Below are positions 10,716 through 21,195 of a stretch of DNA of 56,397 bases, piece by piece. This stretch comes from Promethearchaeia archaeon (GTDB taxonomy: Archaea > Asgardarchaeota > Lokiarchaeia > Sigyniarchaeales > SOKP01), in assembly GCA_029856045.1 (NCBI GenBank), contig JAHQWG010000008.1:1-56397 (forward strand), in the 5' to 3' direction. Position 1 is the stretch's first letter; every line of letters starts with the position of its first letter. Under the pieces are notes generated by a model. That model searched no databases and was not told the DNA's origin. It saw nothing but the letters and a program-made list of their open reading frames with translations. A program made the position numbers and the translations under genes.

Positions 10716-11423
10716 TCATCCAAACCGTTCTTGAACAATAATATACTCAAAACCTAAGGTTATAAATTCAATTAAAACACTGATGATTAATGTCGCTAAA
10801 AGTCCAATTAATACCATTTCGAGTCCAAATGTTAACCAATGTCTTTCAGAATACAAACTTCTCATAACTCCTACGATAAATAAACCACCAAATGAAAAAA
10901 TGGTTGCTATAATAAAAGACCAGAATTGCAGAGGAATAATAAAAGGAGCTAGTGGTAAAAGACTTCCAACAATAAAGGATAAAGTCATAAATAGTGCATT
11001 TATTGTTGGTTCTCTAATATTTAATTCTTTAGAATTTATATTTCGTATTTTATTTATAATTTTTGGGTGTTTTTTTAATAATTTATTTAGATCATCTAAT
11101 TCTTCATTATAAAAACTACCTTCTTCTTTTAAAGATTTTAAAAGATCTTCAGAACTGAAAAAATCTTTAGTCTTAAAATTTTTAGAATAACTTCTTAGAC
11201 ATTGATTCTTGGTTTTTATCGAAATATATGCTCCAAAACCCATTGAAATCGAACCAGAGATCATCTCAGCTATTAAAGCAATTAATAACAGAAATGGATA
11301 ATCGTAAACTAACATAATTAACGCAATCATTAAAACATAAGTGGAAATCAATCCATCTTGAAAGCCAAAAATAAAATCTTTAAACCTCTCTCCTCGATCT
11401 GAATAAATAAATTCTCTAATCAT
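10716..11423 (-). CDS. VIT1/CCC1 family iron/manganese transporter
   Basis: IFGFQDGLIS, SMGFGAYIS, PLAPF. Confidence 0.88.
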   Translation of the reverse strand: MIREFIYSDRGERFKDFIFGFQDGLISTYVLMIALIMLVYDYPFLLLIALIAEMISGSISMGFGAYISIKTKNQCLRSYSKNFKTKDFFSSEDLLKSLKEEGSFYNEELDDLNKLLKKHPKIINKIRNINSKELNIREPTINALFMTLSFIVGSLLPLAPFIIPLQFWSFIIATIFSFGGLFIVGVMRSLYSERHWLTFGLEMVLIGLLATLIISVLIEFITLGFEYIIVQERFG

Positions 11424-11473
11424 AATTTTTTCACACTTATCTATTTCTTAAAGTAATTAATATTTTTTTTTTA

Positions 11474-11510
11474 ATTTCCAATTCAGAGTAAAATATATTC
11501 TATTGGAAAT
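11474..11510. promoter_or_regulatory. Inverted repeat ATTTCCAAT-N19-ATTGGAAAT upstream of the VIT1 gene
   Basis: Perfect 9-bp arms about 50 bp upstream of the start codon. Confidence 0.35.
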
Positions 11511-11653
11511 ATTAAGTAAAAAGTTCAATTCTTGCGATTTTTAAATTATCATCTAAAAATTATTCTACATAATTTAATTATTAAAAAAATTTAAAGACAA
11601 TCCAAAATATCTCTATTTTTTAATGCAATAATTCATCAATGTGATTGTTGGGA

Positions 11654-11691
11654 CTTGGAACAAAAAAATATTACTTAATTGAAATAAATGA
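11654..11691 (+). repeat. Direct repeat A, copy 2 (orphan DUF362 3' end, LGTKKYYLIEIND*)
   Basis: Matches 8461-8498. Confidence 0.85.
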
Positions 11692-11784
11692 TTGAAGTGG
11701 TTTTTATATATATTTTTAAAAAGTTATTTATTACTTTTAGTTATCCTAAAATTATTATAAAAAATTAAAAGGTGTTAAAATTTT

Positions 11785-12315
11785 ATGGCAGAAGCTAAGA
11801 ATTGGGTTTTTTTATTTCCTATAATTGCAGCTATAGTATTATTAATTTCTCTATTATATCCAATAATGCATATCGCTATAAATATTCCTGCAATCCCGCT
11901 GTTAATAGAAGGTGATTTATTACCATTTGGAGGGGGAATCGTTGATGAACTAGAGTCATATGTAGCAATCTTACCTGAGGCGGCGAGCCTTCAAACTACA
12001 TTTTATTGGCTAGGAATAGTTTTTATGGTTTTTTTCATTCTTGGAGCATTATTTTTGATAATATCAGCTATTAGAGTTGTATCTGGGAATATAGAACTTA
12101 AGAAAGCAAGGAAAAAATGGTTGAGAAATGGTCTTTCTTATATTATAACTGAACTAATATTTTTTTATGGTATGACATTTATAGTTTCATATGCTTTAGA
12201 ACAAATGGGTCTAGGAATTGAAATAATTTTTACAATGAGACTGGGAATGATTCTAATAATTGTTGCTGGAGGAATATTGATTTTTGCATATATTTGTGCA
12301 AAAATTGCAGGATAA
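11785..12315 (+). CDS. Hypothetical four-TM membrane protein
   Basis: Four hydrophobic segments; AGGTG upstream. Confidence 0.75.
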   Translation: MAEAKNWVFLFPIIAAIVLLISLLYPIMHIAINIPAIPLLIEGDLLPFGGGIVDELESYVAILPEAASLQTTFYWLGIVFMVFFILGALFLIISAIRVVSGNIELKKARKKWLRNGLSYIITELIFFYGMTFIVSYALEQMGLGIEIIFTMRLGMILIIVAGGILIFAYICAKIAG

Positions 12316-12409
12316 TTAATTAAATTGGCTCCTTTCTTTTAGGCCAAAGTATTACCTATAAAAGAATACATTATTTAAGCATTAAAATTAAGAAATTGAA
12401 GGAATATAA

Positions 12410-13219
12410 ATGCCTTTATTTAAATTTGAAGATGTTGAAATAAATTATGTTAAGAGAGGTAGAGGAGAACCTCTCGTGTTGATTCAAGGGCTTGGGCAAA
12501 AAATCTCAAGTTGGACCCTTCAAATGCCATATTTTCGACGGAAGATGATGATCATAGCATTAGATAACAGAGGTGTTGGAGATAGTTCAAGACCAAATTA
12601 TCCTTATACAATGGATATGTTTGTGGATGAGACTAAAGGTCTTTTGGATTTTTTAGATATTCAGGATAAGATTCATCTAATGGGGATAAGCATGGGGGGA
12701 ATGATTGCTCAAAATTTTGCCTTAAAATATCCTGAAACGGTTAAAACCTTAATATTATTAGCAACATCAGCATATTTGGACCCTGATCCTTACCTTGAAC
12801 AAACCAAATTTATTGTTGAAAAATTAGATTTAGATGCAGGATTTCAAAAAAAGCTTGATTCAATGTTTTCAAAATCTTTCATAAAAGAATTAAAAGAAGA
12901 CAAAATATTATTTGATGCTCTTAAAAACAAAATGATGTTAGAAAATCCTACACGGTTGCAAGATTATATTAATCGAGCCGCCGCCATATCAGGACACGAT
13001 ACACGTGAGTCATTGCATAAAATAATGCAACCCACATTAATCATGGCAGGGACAGAAGATCAAATAATCCCTTTTGAGCACTCGAAATTCTTACATGAAA
13101 AAATTCCAAATTCAATATTAAAAGAATTTCCAAGCTTTGGACACGGAAGTTTATTAGTTGAAGATGCAGAAAAAATTAATGATTTAATTTGGAATTTCAT
13201 AGAAAAGCATCTTAATTAA
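12410..13219 (+). CDS. Alpha/beta hydrolase (enol-lactonase/esterase-like)
   Basis: DNRGVG, nucleophile elbow GISMGG, GTED, GH. Confidence 0.9.
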   Translation: MPLFKFEDVEINYVKRGRGEPLVLIQGLGQKISSWTLQMPYFRRKMMIIALDNRGVGDSSRPNYPYTMDMFVDETKGLLDFLDIQDKIHLMGISMGGMIAQNFALKYPETVKTLILLATSAYLDPDPYLEQTKFIVEKLDLDAGFQKKLDSMFSKSFIKELKEDKILFDALKNKMMLENPTRLQDYINRAAAISGHDTRESLHKIMQPTLIMAGTEDQIIPFEHSKFLHEKIPNSILKEFPSFGHGSLLVEDAEKINDLIWNFIEKHLN

Positions 13220-13287
13220 TTTTAAAATTATTTTACGTGAATTTATATACTTTCCCTAAAAGCATATAAGAAAATGCATAGTAGAGA

Positions 13288-13941
13288 TTATTCTTCTAAT
13301 TTTTTACCAACAACAAATATTTCTGCGAGATATTGTTTTAGTTGAGGATAGGTATTTGAGTTGATTGAAGCAAAAGCCTTAAAAGCATTAGCGTCAAATA
13401 ATTTATCCATATCACTAGTAGGTAATGGTTTCAAAAAATAGGATCCTGAATCCACAAATCTCAAAATATCTTTTGTTATATCTTCAAGTCTGGGAAGATC
13501 ATACAAATATTTATGCCCAACTTTAATATCTGCCCTTGATAACTCTAATACTTTACCCATTCCGAGAATTTCTCCCAATATTCGATTAAGACTACGTGCA
13601 TTAGGGCATGTAATAAAAGCTAAACCATCTTTCTCTAAATAATAGTTAATCTTTTTAACAACTTTTAATCCATCTTCTCGTTTAAAATGTTCCAAAACAG
13701 CTGAACAAACAATTAAATCAAATTTTTCAGCTGTATCAAATTCCAATATGTCAGCTTTTATATATTTTATCTTAGAACTTATTTTCTGAGGGTTCAAATC
13801 TAAAACTGTTAATTCTCTGGAAATTTTAGATGTATATTTACCATCTTTCCCCCCAATATCTAAAACTTTTTCAAAAATTTCCCTTTTTCCGTATTCCTGA
13901 ATCTTTTTTATCATTAGATTATTTAAAAAGTCTTCTAACAT
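13288..13941 (-). CDS. Class I SAM-dependent methyltransferase
   Basis: VLDIGGKDG, FDLIVCSAVLEH, ITCPN. Confidence 0.88.
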   Translation of the reverse strand: MLEDFLNNLMIKKIQEYGKREIFEKVLDIGGKDGKYTSKISRELTVLDLNPQKISSKIKYIKADILEFDTAEKFDLIVCSAVLEHFKREDGLKVVKKINYYLEKDGLAFITCPNARSLNRILGEILGMGKVLELSRADIKVGHKYLYDLPRLEDITKDILRFVDSGSYFLKPLPTSDMDKLFDANAFKAFASINSNTYPQLKQYLAEIFVVGKKLEE

Positions 13942-14015
13942 GAGCTTGCATTAATTCTTTTTTGTATATTTTATCTTAATCTGTGGTTTCATAAAAGTAA
14001 AAAAAAAAAGTTTAA

Positions 14016-14300
14016 TTAATCGATATCTAAATCTCCAAAATAATATCTTTTTCTAATTGGTTTTTTTACCTTCCAGACGCATTTTAATCCCTTTTTGAAT
14101 TGAACTAGATCACCCTTCTCAAAGGATATTTTTGAACCATCTTCACCAGCAACTTCCACCTCACCATCTAAAACGTAAAAAGTTTCTGTATCATCATAAA
14201 ACCAATCAAATTCTGAAACTTCTTTAGACCATGTTCCCCAAGAATCCACATTTAATTTTTTTAATTCATCTTCAGTTGCTTTCTTTTTTTTCATTGACAT
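14016..14300 (-). CDS. Cupin domain protein (DUF861/Cupin_3-like)
   Basis: W.W....F.W.Y...ETFYVLDGEV...GDLVQFKKG..C.W.V. Confidence 0.85.
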   Translation of the reverse strand: MSMKKKKATEDELKKLNVDSWGTWSKEVSEFDWFYDDTETFYVLDGEVEVAGEDGSKISFEKGDLVQFKKGLKCVWKVKKPIRKRYYFGDLDID

Positions 14301-14390
14301 GACATATCATCTTTCTATAAAATTTATATAAATAAAATATATACTTTTAAATTTTTAAATAATTAAACTATAATTTAGGAAAAAAACAAA

Positions 14391-16133
14391 TTGAGAGTAG
14401 AAATGAGTGAAAAAAGTGAAAATAGTAAGGTTCCTAAAACTGGTGGAGATTTATTAATTGAATGTCTTCTTCAGGAAAATGTGAAATATTTGTTTGGAAT
14501 ACCTGGTGGGCAACTTTTGCCTATGTATGATGCAGTATTTAGATGGGGTAAGGAGAAAGGAATTCAAACAATACTTGTAAGACATGAACAAGCAGCAGCT
14601 CATGCAGCAGATGCGTATGCACGTGTTACTGGAGAATTGGGTGTATGTTTTGGAACCGTGGGACCAGGTGTAACCGATATGGTTCCTGGTGTTGGAGCTG
14701 CTTGGTCTGATAATACACCTCTTCTAGTAATTGGTGCTCAAGTAAAACGAGTATTAGACGGTAAATCTACACTTCAGGGCGATCTTGATCAAATAACCTT
14801 AATGAAACCTATTACCAAAGCTCAATTAAGAATTCAAAATCCTTTAGAGATTCCTAAAATCATTCCAAGAGCGATAAGAATTGCGTTTTCAGGTCAAATG
14901 GGACCTGTTTATGTGGATATTCGTGAAGAGGCTTTTTATGGGCAAGTTCCTTCAGATGCAAAATATGAGATATTATCCCCCGATAAATATCGACCTCAAT
15001 TAGGTGTTGCTGGTGATTCTAAAGCAATAGAGGAGGCTATAAAACTTATAAAAAATGCAAAAAAGCCTTTAATAATTTGTGGAGGAGAAGTTAATTGTTA
15101 TAATGCGTCAGAAGAATTAAAAAAATTATCAGAAAAGTATGCAATTCCTGCAGCTACATCTGGTACGGGTATTGGGGGAATTTCAAGTGATTCTCCAACT
15201 CATTTAGGTGCTGGTGCAATTTCTGATGCTGTTATGAATGCTGCAAATAATGCGGATGTTGTAATTTCAGTTGGATGTAAATGGGATTATACAATGGGGC
15301 TAGGACTTCCACCATTATGGCCTAAAAATCAAGAATTAATACAGATTAATATTGATCCTTCTGAAATTGGAAAAAATAGACCCGTAGATGTTGGAATTGT
15401 GGGAAATTGTAAGACTATTTTAAATCAATTACTTGAAAAATTAGAAGGAGAAATATCAGAAAATTGTTTTTCAGAGTGGAATATTGACCAACAAGAAAAA
15501 AAAGAAGATGCATTAAAAAGAAGATTAAAAAAATTTAATTCAGAAAACGTTCCTATACTTCCTGAGAGGTTTATCAAAGAAATATTTGAATTTTTTCCAT
15601 CAAACTCAATTATAATCATGGATAGTGGGAATACTTCTTTTTATGCAGCCGAACAGATGGATTTATATAAACCACGCCCTCCAAGAAGTACATTAGCTTC
15701 AGTTGGTATGGGACATCTTGGTGCTGGTATAGGTTTTGCGCTGGGTGCTAAGTTGGCATATCCAGATAGGCAGACTGTAGTCATGCAAGGTGATGGAAGC
15801 TTTTTATTTAATGTTCAAGAGCTTGATACTGCAATGCGATACAATTTGCCCTTTATTGTAGTTATTGCTAACGATAACGCTTGGGGTATGATTAAATCTG
15901 GACAATCAATGTTTTCAGGAAAACGATATCTTAATGTGGATATACCAAATATAGATTATGCAGCAATTGCTAAGGGATTCGGTTGTTACGCTGAGACCGT
16001 CGTTAAACCAGAAGAGATTAAACCTGCCCTACAGAGGGCTGTCAATTCGGGAAAAGCTTCCGTCATAAATGTAAAAATTAAATGGGACACACCAAAAGCC
16101 ACTAAAACATTGTTTAATTTAGGAATAATTTAA
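14391..16133 (+). CDS. Thiamine-diphosphate-dependent enzyme, acetolactate synthase-like family (ATG at 14403 likely)
   Basis: FGIPGG, RHEQAAAHAADAYAR, GDGSF...NDNAWG ThDP motif. Confidence 0.92.
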   Translation: MRVEMSEKSENSKVPKTGGDLLIECLLQENVKYLFGIPGGQLLPMYDAVFRWGKEKGIQTILVRHEQAAAHAADAYARVTGELGVCFGTVGPGVTDMVPGVGAAWSDNTPLLVIGAQVKRVLDGKSTLQGDLDQITLMKPITKAQLRIQNPLEIPKIIPRAIRIAFSGQMGPVYVDIREEAFYGQVPSDAKYEILSPDKYRPQLGVAGDSKAIEEAIKLIKNAKKPLIICGGEVNCYNASEELKKLSEKYAIPAATSGTGIGGISSDSPTHLGAGAISDAVMNAANNADVVISVGCKWDYTMGLGLPPLWPKNQELIQINIDPSEIGKNRPVDVGIVGNCKTILNQLLEKLEGEISENCFSEWNIDQQEKKEDALKRRLKKFNSENVPILPERFIKEIFEFFPSNSIIIMDSGNTSFYAAEQMDLYKPRPPRSTLASVGMGHLGAGIGFALGAKLAYPDRQTVVMQGDGSFLFNVQELDTAMRYNLPFIVVIANDNAWGMIKSGQSMFSGKRYLNVDIPNIDYAAIAKGFGCYAETVVKPEEIKPALQRAVNSGKASVINVKIKWDTPKATKTLFNLGII

Positions 16134-16236
16134 TTCAAAGAAAAAAAAGGAGTTTAAATATCAACTTCTAGAGATTGCAATAGGTTTATTTAATTGAATC
16201 TAAGGGGTTTAGAATGAATAAATGGAGTATAATTGC
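15665..16236 (+). repeat. Direct repeat B, copy 1 (3' part of the ThDP enzyme gene plus about 100 bp downstream)
   Basis: Matches 17869-18440 at offset 2204, with 12 substitutions counted by eye. Confidence 0.97.
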
Positions 16237-16245
16237 AATCTATTT

Positions 16246-16268
16246 CCAGACTCCAGACTCCAGACTCT
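16246..16268 (+). repeat. Heptamer tandem repeat (CCAGACT)x3
   Basis: ccagactccagactccagactc about 10 bp after the end of repeat B copy 1. Confidence 0.8.
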
Positions 16269-16404
16269 AAAATTTTTAAAGACATTAAAATAATTTTGAT
16301 GTTATTAAAATTTAAAAATGACCACTCTTTTATTTTAGTAATTAAAATTACCTACAAAGATGTCATATATCCACAGCAATTAAAAAAAAAGAGATGATAA
16401 AAAT

Positions 16405-17454
16405 ATGATTTTGCAATTTGACACAGCTTGGGCAATCCCTTGGTATACGACTATGGTGATTGTTAACGTCGTGGGCCTGGTGTATTGTGCAATTGTTTAC
16501 AAACGATCCCTGATTCCAAGGGATGGAAAGGATTTAACATATCGGAAATGGATGCGAATTATGGGGGTAATCTTTACGTTAGTTTCTGCATATCGAGCGA
16601 TTGGTGTATGGTCTTTACCATATACTTTCCGACTACCGAACACGGTAGCGGAAGTTTCATTCGCTGGGTTATTTGCATATGCGATGTTACGTTTTAATAC
16701 TTATTTGCATGCTACCGACGACACACGTGCTAATAAATTCAAGTCATTCATAACAAAGACTCCCTATATCCTAGTAGGATGTTTAGTTCTATCACAATTC
16801 ATTGACACATGGGGAGGGGTCACCCATTTTGCATTAAGGGGTGTATTCGTGGAGACATTATGGGGGATTGGGTTCCTGTCAGTACTCCCACTTGCTATTA
16901 TACAACTGCGCCGTGTTCTCTCGATAAAAGATAAGGAAGCAAAAGAACGGTTACGAATAATGAAGTATTCTGCGATAATAATTGCAGCTTGGTGCGTGAT
17001 TTATTGTATGTACAGGTGGATCTTTACTTTACCGGGAATGTGGGCCGGGGCGTTATATATATTAGAAACGGGGTTACCTCCTCTTGAAACTGGCTTACAA
17101 GCGATAATTGATGCCCTTGGAATTATAACGCGAACATCGCTAGAGTACAGAGATTGGGGTTTTGGTTTTCTAATATGGCACTCTGCCTACTTTAGCATCT
17201 GTACTTGGATTTCAATATTCTTAATGAAAGCGCCACGACCCCGGGAAATTTCTGGGAAACATAACGCTAAGCTAACGCTAATAACGCTAGCGCTAATAAC
17301 GATAGCGCTAATAGCGCTAATAACGATAATTGGCTTACCAGCTGACATTGATGAGAAAATTATTCTTTTCGTTTTGGGAGGCTTATTTCTCGGACCCATT
17401 GCCTACATTTTCGTTTTAGAAATCAAGCGTGTCAAGTTAAAGACTATAGAATAA
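16405..17454 (+). CDS. Uncharacterised polytopic membrane protein with visibly atypical, GC-richer codons
   Basis: About nine hydrophobic segments; frequent GCG/ACG/CGG codons unlike the neighbours. Confidence 0.8.
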   Translation: MILQFDTAWAIPWYTTMVIVNVVGLVYCAIVYKRSLIPRDGKDLTYRKWMRIMGVIFTLVSAYRAIGVWSLPYTFRLPNTVAEVSFAGLFAYAMLRFNTYLHATDDTRANKFKSFITKTPYILVGCLVLSQFIDTWGGVTHFALRGVFVETLWGIGFLSVLPLAIIQLRRVLSIKDKEAKERLRIMKYSAIIIAAWCVIYCMYRWIFTLPGMWAGALYILETGLPPLETGLQAIIDALGIITRTSLEYRDWGFGFLIWHSAYFSICTWISIFLMKAPRPREISGKHNAKLTLITLALITIALIALITIIGLPADIDEKIILFVLGGLFLGPIAYIFVLEIKRVKLKTIE

Positions 17455-17646
17455 ATTTTAATTTTATTTTTTTTCGTTTTCCATATTTTTTGCCAATTTT
17501 TGATTCAAGACTGAGTTTATCACTCAATCCACCAAAGAACGGTCCTAAAAAGGCGTATAGTACAAGCATTGAGGAATAAACACTCCCCACAAAAAAAGGT
17601 GGAAGTCCCAATATACTTACTGCATATTTTAAGATAAATCCTGAAA
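17444..17646 (-). pseudogene. Fragment of an MFS (glycoside-pentoside-hexuronide-like) transporter N-terminus
   Basis: YAVSILGLPP...FLGPFFGGLSDK...KYGKRK resembles motif A of MFS transporters (compare GIISDNTRSKFGRRR in 21196-22518); truncated on both sides. Confidence 0.6.
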
Positions 17647-17870
17647 TTGAACTACACCTTCCTAAAGGAAGGTGATTCCTTCCTTGAGAAAGACGTTTCC
17701 TCATTCCTCGACAACTGCCGAAAGATATTTCTAAGAATTTCTTTAGGTCTTACATTATCTCCAAAGGCGTGACTTCCCGTCGCCCCAACGGTAGTATTTC
17801 CATTATTTCTAATGATCGTGATCTTCATTTCTTCTTTTAAAATTCTCATTCCCTCTTTTCTTAGATTAAT
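17647..17870 (-). mobile_element. tnpB: IS200/IS605-family remnant: tnpB 3' tail plus right end (omega/reRNA scaffold region)
   Basis: INLRKEG...TVGATGSHAFGD...ESPSFRKV* resembles TnpB C-termini after the DRDxNAA motif; terminal inverted repeat CACCTTCCT-TT-AGGAAGGTG followed by TAGTTCAA. Confidence 0.8.
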
Positions 17871-18337
17871 ATAAACCACGCCCTCCAAGAAGTACATTAG
17901 CTTCAGTTGGTATGGGACATCTTGGTGCTGGTATAGGTTTTGCGCTGGGTGCTAAGTTGGCATATCTAGATAGGCAGACTGTAGTCATGCAAGGTAATGG
18001 AAGCTTTTTATTTAATGTTCAAGAGCTTGATACTGCAATGCGATACAACTTGCCCTTTATTGTAGTTATTGCTAACGATAACGCTTGGGGTATGATTAAA
18101 TCTGGACAATCAATGTTTTCAGGAAAACGATATCTTAATGTGGATATACCAAATATAGATTATGCAGCAATTGCTAAGGGATTCGGTTGTTACGCTGAGA
18201 CCGTCGTTAAACCAGAAGAGATTAAACCTACCCTACAGAGGGCTGTCAATTCGGGAAAAACTTCCGTTATAAATGTAAAAATTAAATGGGACACACCAAA
18301 AGCCACGAAAACATTATTTAATCTAGGAATAATTTAA
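17869..18337 (+). pseudogene. 5'-truncated copy of the ThDP enzyme gene
   Basis: Only the last ~155 codons are present; ThDP motif GDG changed to GNG. Confidence 0.9.
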
Positions 18338-18440
18338 TTCAAAGAAAAAAAAGGAGTTTAAATATCAACTTCTAGAGATTGCAATAGGTTTATTTAATTG
18401 AACCTAAGGGGTTTAGAATGAATAAAAAGAGTATAATTGC
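17869..18440 (+). repeat. Direct repeat B, copy 2
   Basis: About 98% identical to 15665-16236. Confidence 0.97.
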
Positions 18441-18528
18441 GTTAGCAATCTTATTAGCGGTTGCATATGGGATCAATATGTCGATGGCAGGAGTAGCGAT
18501 TCCTGGTTGCGCTGATGGTGTTCCGTAA
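18418..18528 (+). CDS. 36-aa small protein with a signal-peptide-like N-terminus (MNKKSIIALAILLAVAYGINMSMAGVAIPGCADGVP)
   Basis: AGGGGT upstream, basic n-region plus hydrophobic h-region, T-tract downstream; below the ORF-track size cutoff. Confidence 0.6.
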   Translation: MNKKSIIALAILLAVAYGINMSMAGVAIPGCADGVP

Positions 18529-18578
18529 GTAATTCAAGCTAATATACATTTTTTTTTCTTTTTTTTTAAAGAGGTTAA

Positions 18579-19970
<1,392 letters not shown>

Positions 19971-20091
19971 CTTTTATTTTGTCCTAATTCATAAAATTAA
20001 CTTCTCAATAACAATATTTTATTAAAATATATCTTACGAATTAATATATTAAAATTAATTAAAAACAAATACTCTCTCTTATGGAAAAATA

Positions 20092-21165
20092 ATGATATTA
20101 GGTCAAAAAGAAAAACTGTTTTTAGATTTAATGAGAAATTTTATCGAAGCAATAAATGGTATAGAGGCTATTTGGATATATGATCGAGAAGGTCTTTTGA
20201 TTAGCAAATATGCTCGAGCAGAATTATCTAAAGATGGATTAAATGAATATGAGAGAGAAGAAATTTATGGTGCCTTCGCAAGTATATTCAATCCTTTGTT
20301 AAAAAAAATTAATTCTGAATATAAAATTGGAGAATTGGGTTCAATCACATTTGAAACTCCAGATCATCATATAGTTTTTCTAGAAGCAGGTTCAAAAGCT
20401 GTAGTTCTCATCATAACAATGTATGATTTGGAAATAAGTTCAATCTTACCATATTGTTATTTATTTGTTGAAAAAGTTGTCCAGATAATAGAAGAGAGTT
20501 TTGATTCAAGATATAACACATTAATGATACCAAAATTAATGATTGGTAATTCTTTTGATAATACTTTAAAAACTTCCTTTGTAAAAACGGAAGATAATGA
20601 AATATATATAGGTAGAAAAAAAGAAGTACAATTTTTTAAGCTTATTATTCTCGGTGATGCTGCAGTTGGAAAGACAAGTATGGTTTCTCGATTTGTAAAA
20701 GGTAAGTTCTCAACAGATTATAGACCAACGCTAGGGATCTCCATAACAACTATGCGATTTAACATTCAAGGTTTTGAAGATTCTCAAGTGAGGTTTTTAA
20801 TTTTTGATTTAGCTGGTCAAGAATTTTTTAAACGTGTTAGACATATGTATTTATCAGGAGCACAAGCAGTTTTTATAGTATATGATATAACTAGAAGAGA
20901 AACTTTTGAGGGTGCAGATTATTGGTTTGAAGATGCTAAAAAAGAATTGGGAGATATGCCTTTTGTATTAATTGGAAATAAAATCGACTTAGAAAATGAA
21001 AGGCAAATATCAACCGAAGAAGGAATGGAAAAAGCGAAGAAATTTAGATGCACATTCGTGGAGACTTCTGTAAAGGCAAATGTAAATATTGAAGATACAT
21101 TTAAAATTTTAGGGATTGGGATGTTTTTTAGAAAAATTGAAGATTTTGATGGTCTTGAATCTTAA
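20092..21165 (+). CDS. Roadblock/longin-like domain fused to a Rab-like small GTPase
   Basis: N-terminal WIYDREGLLIS roadblock-like fold; GDAAVGKTS, PTLG, DLAGQ, GNKID, ETSVK. Confidence 0.88.
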   Translation: MILGQKEKLFLDLMRNFIEAINGIEAIWIYDREGLLISKYARAELSKDGLNEYEREEIYGAFASIFNPLLKKINSEYKIGELGSITFETPDHHIVFLEAGSKAVVLIITMYDLEISSILPYCYLFVEKVVQIIEESFDSRYNTLMIPKLMIGNSFDNTLKTSFVKTEDNEIYIGRKKEVQFFKLIILGDAAVGKTSMVSRFVKGKFSTDYRPTLGISITTMRFNIQGFEDSQVRFLIFDLAGQEFFKRVRHMYLSGAQAVFIVYDITRRETFEGADYWFEDAKKELGDMPFVLIGNKIDLENERQISTEEGMEKAKKFRCTFVETSVKANVNIEDTFKILGIGMFFRKIEDFDGLES

Positions 21166-21195
21166 TTATTACATTTCTTAATTATATTTGCGCGA

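Noticed and set aside
17652-17897. 81-aa ORF as a real gene
   Set aside because: Chimera of the antisense strand of the duplicated ThDP gene and the tnpB tail
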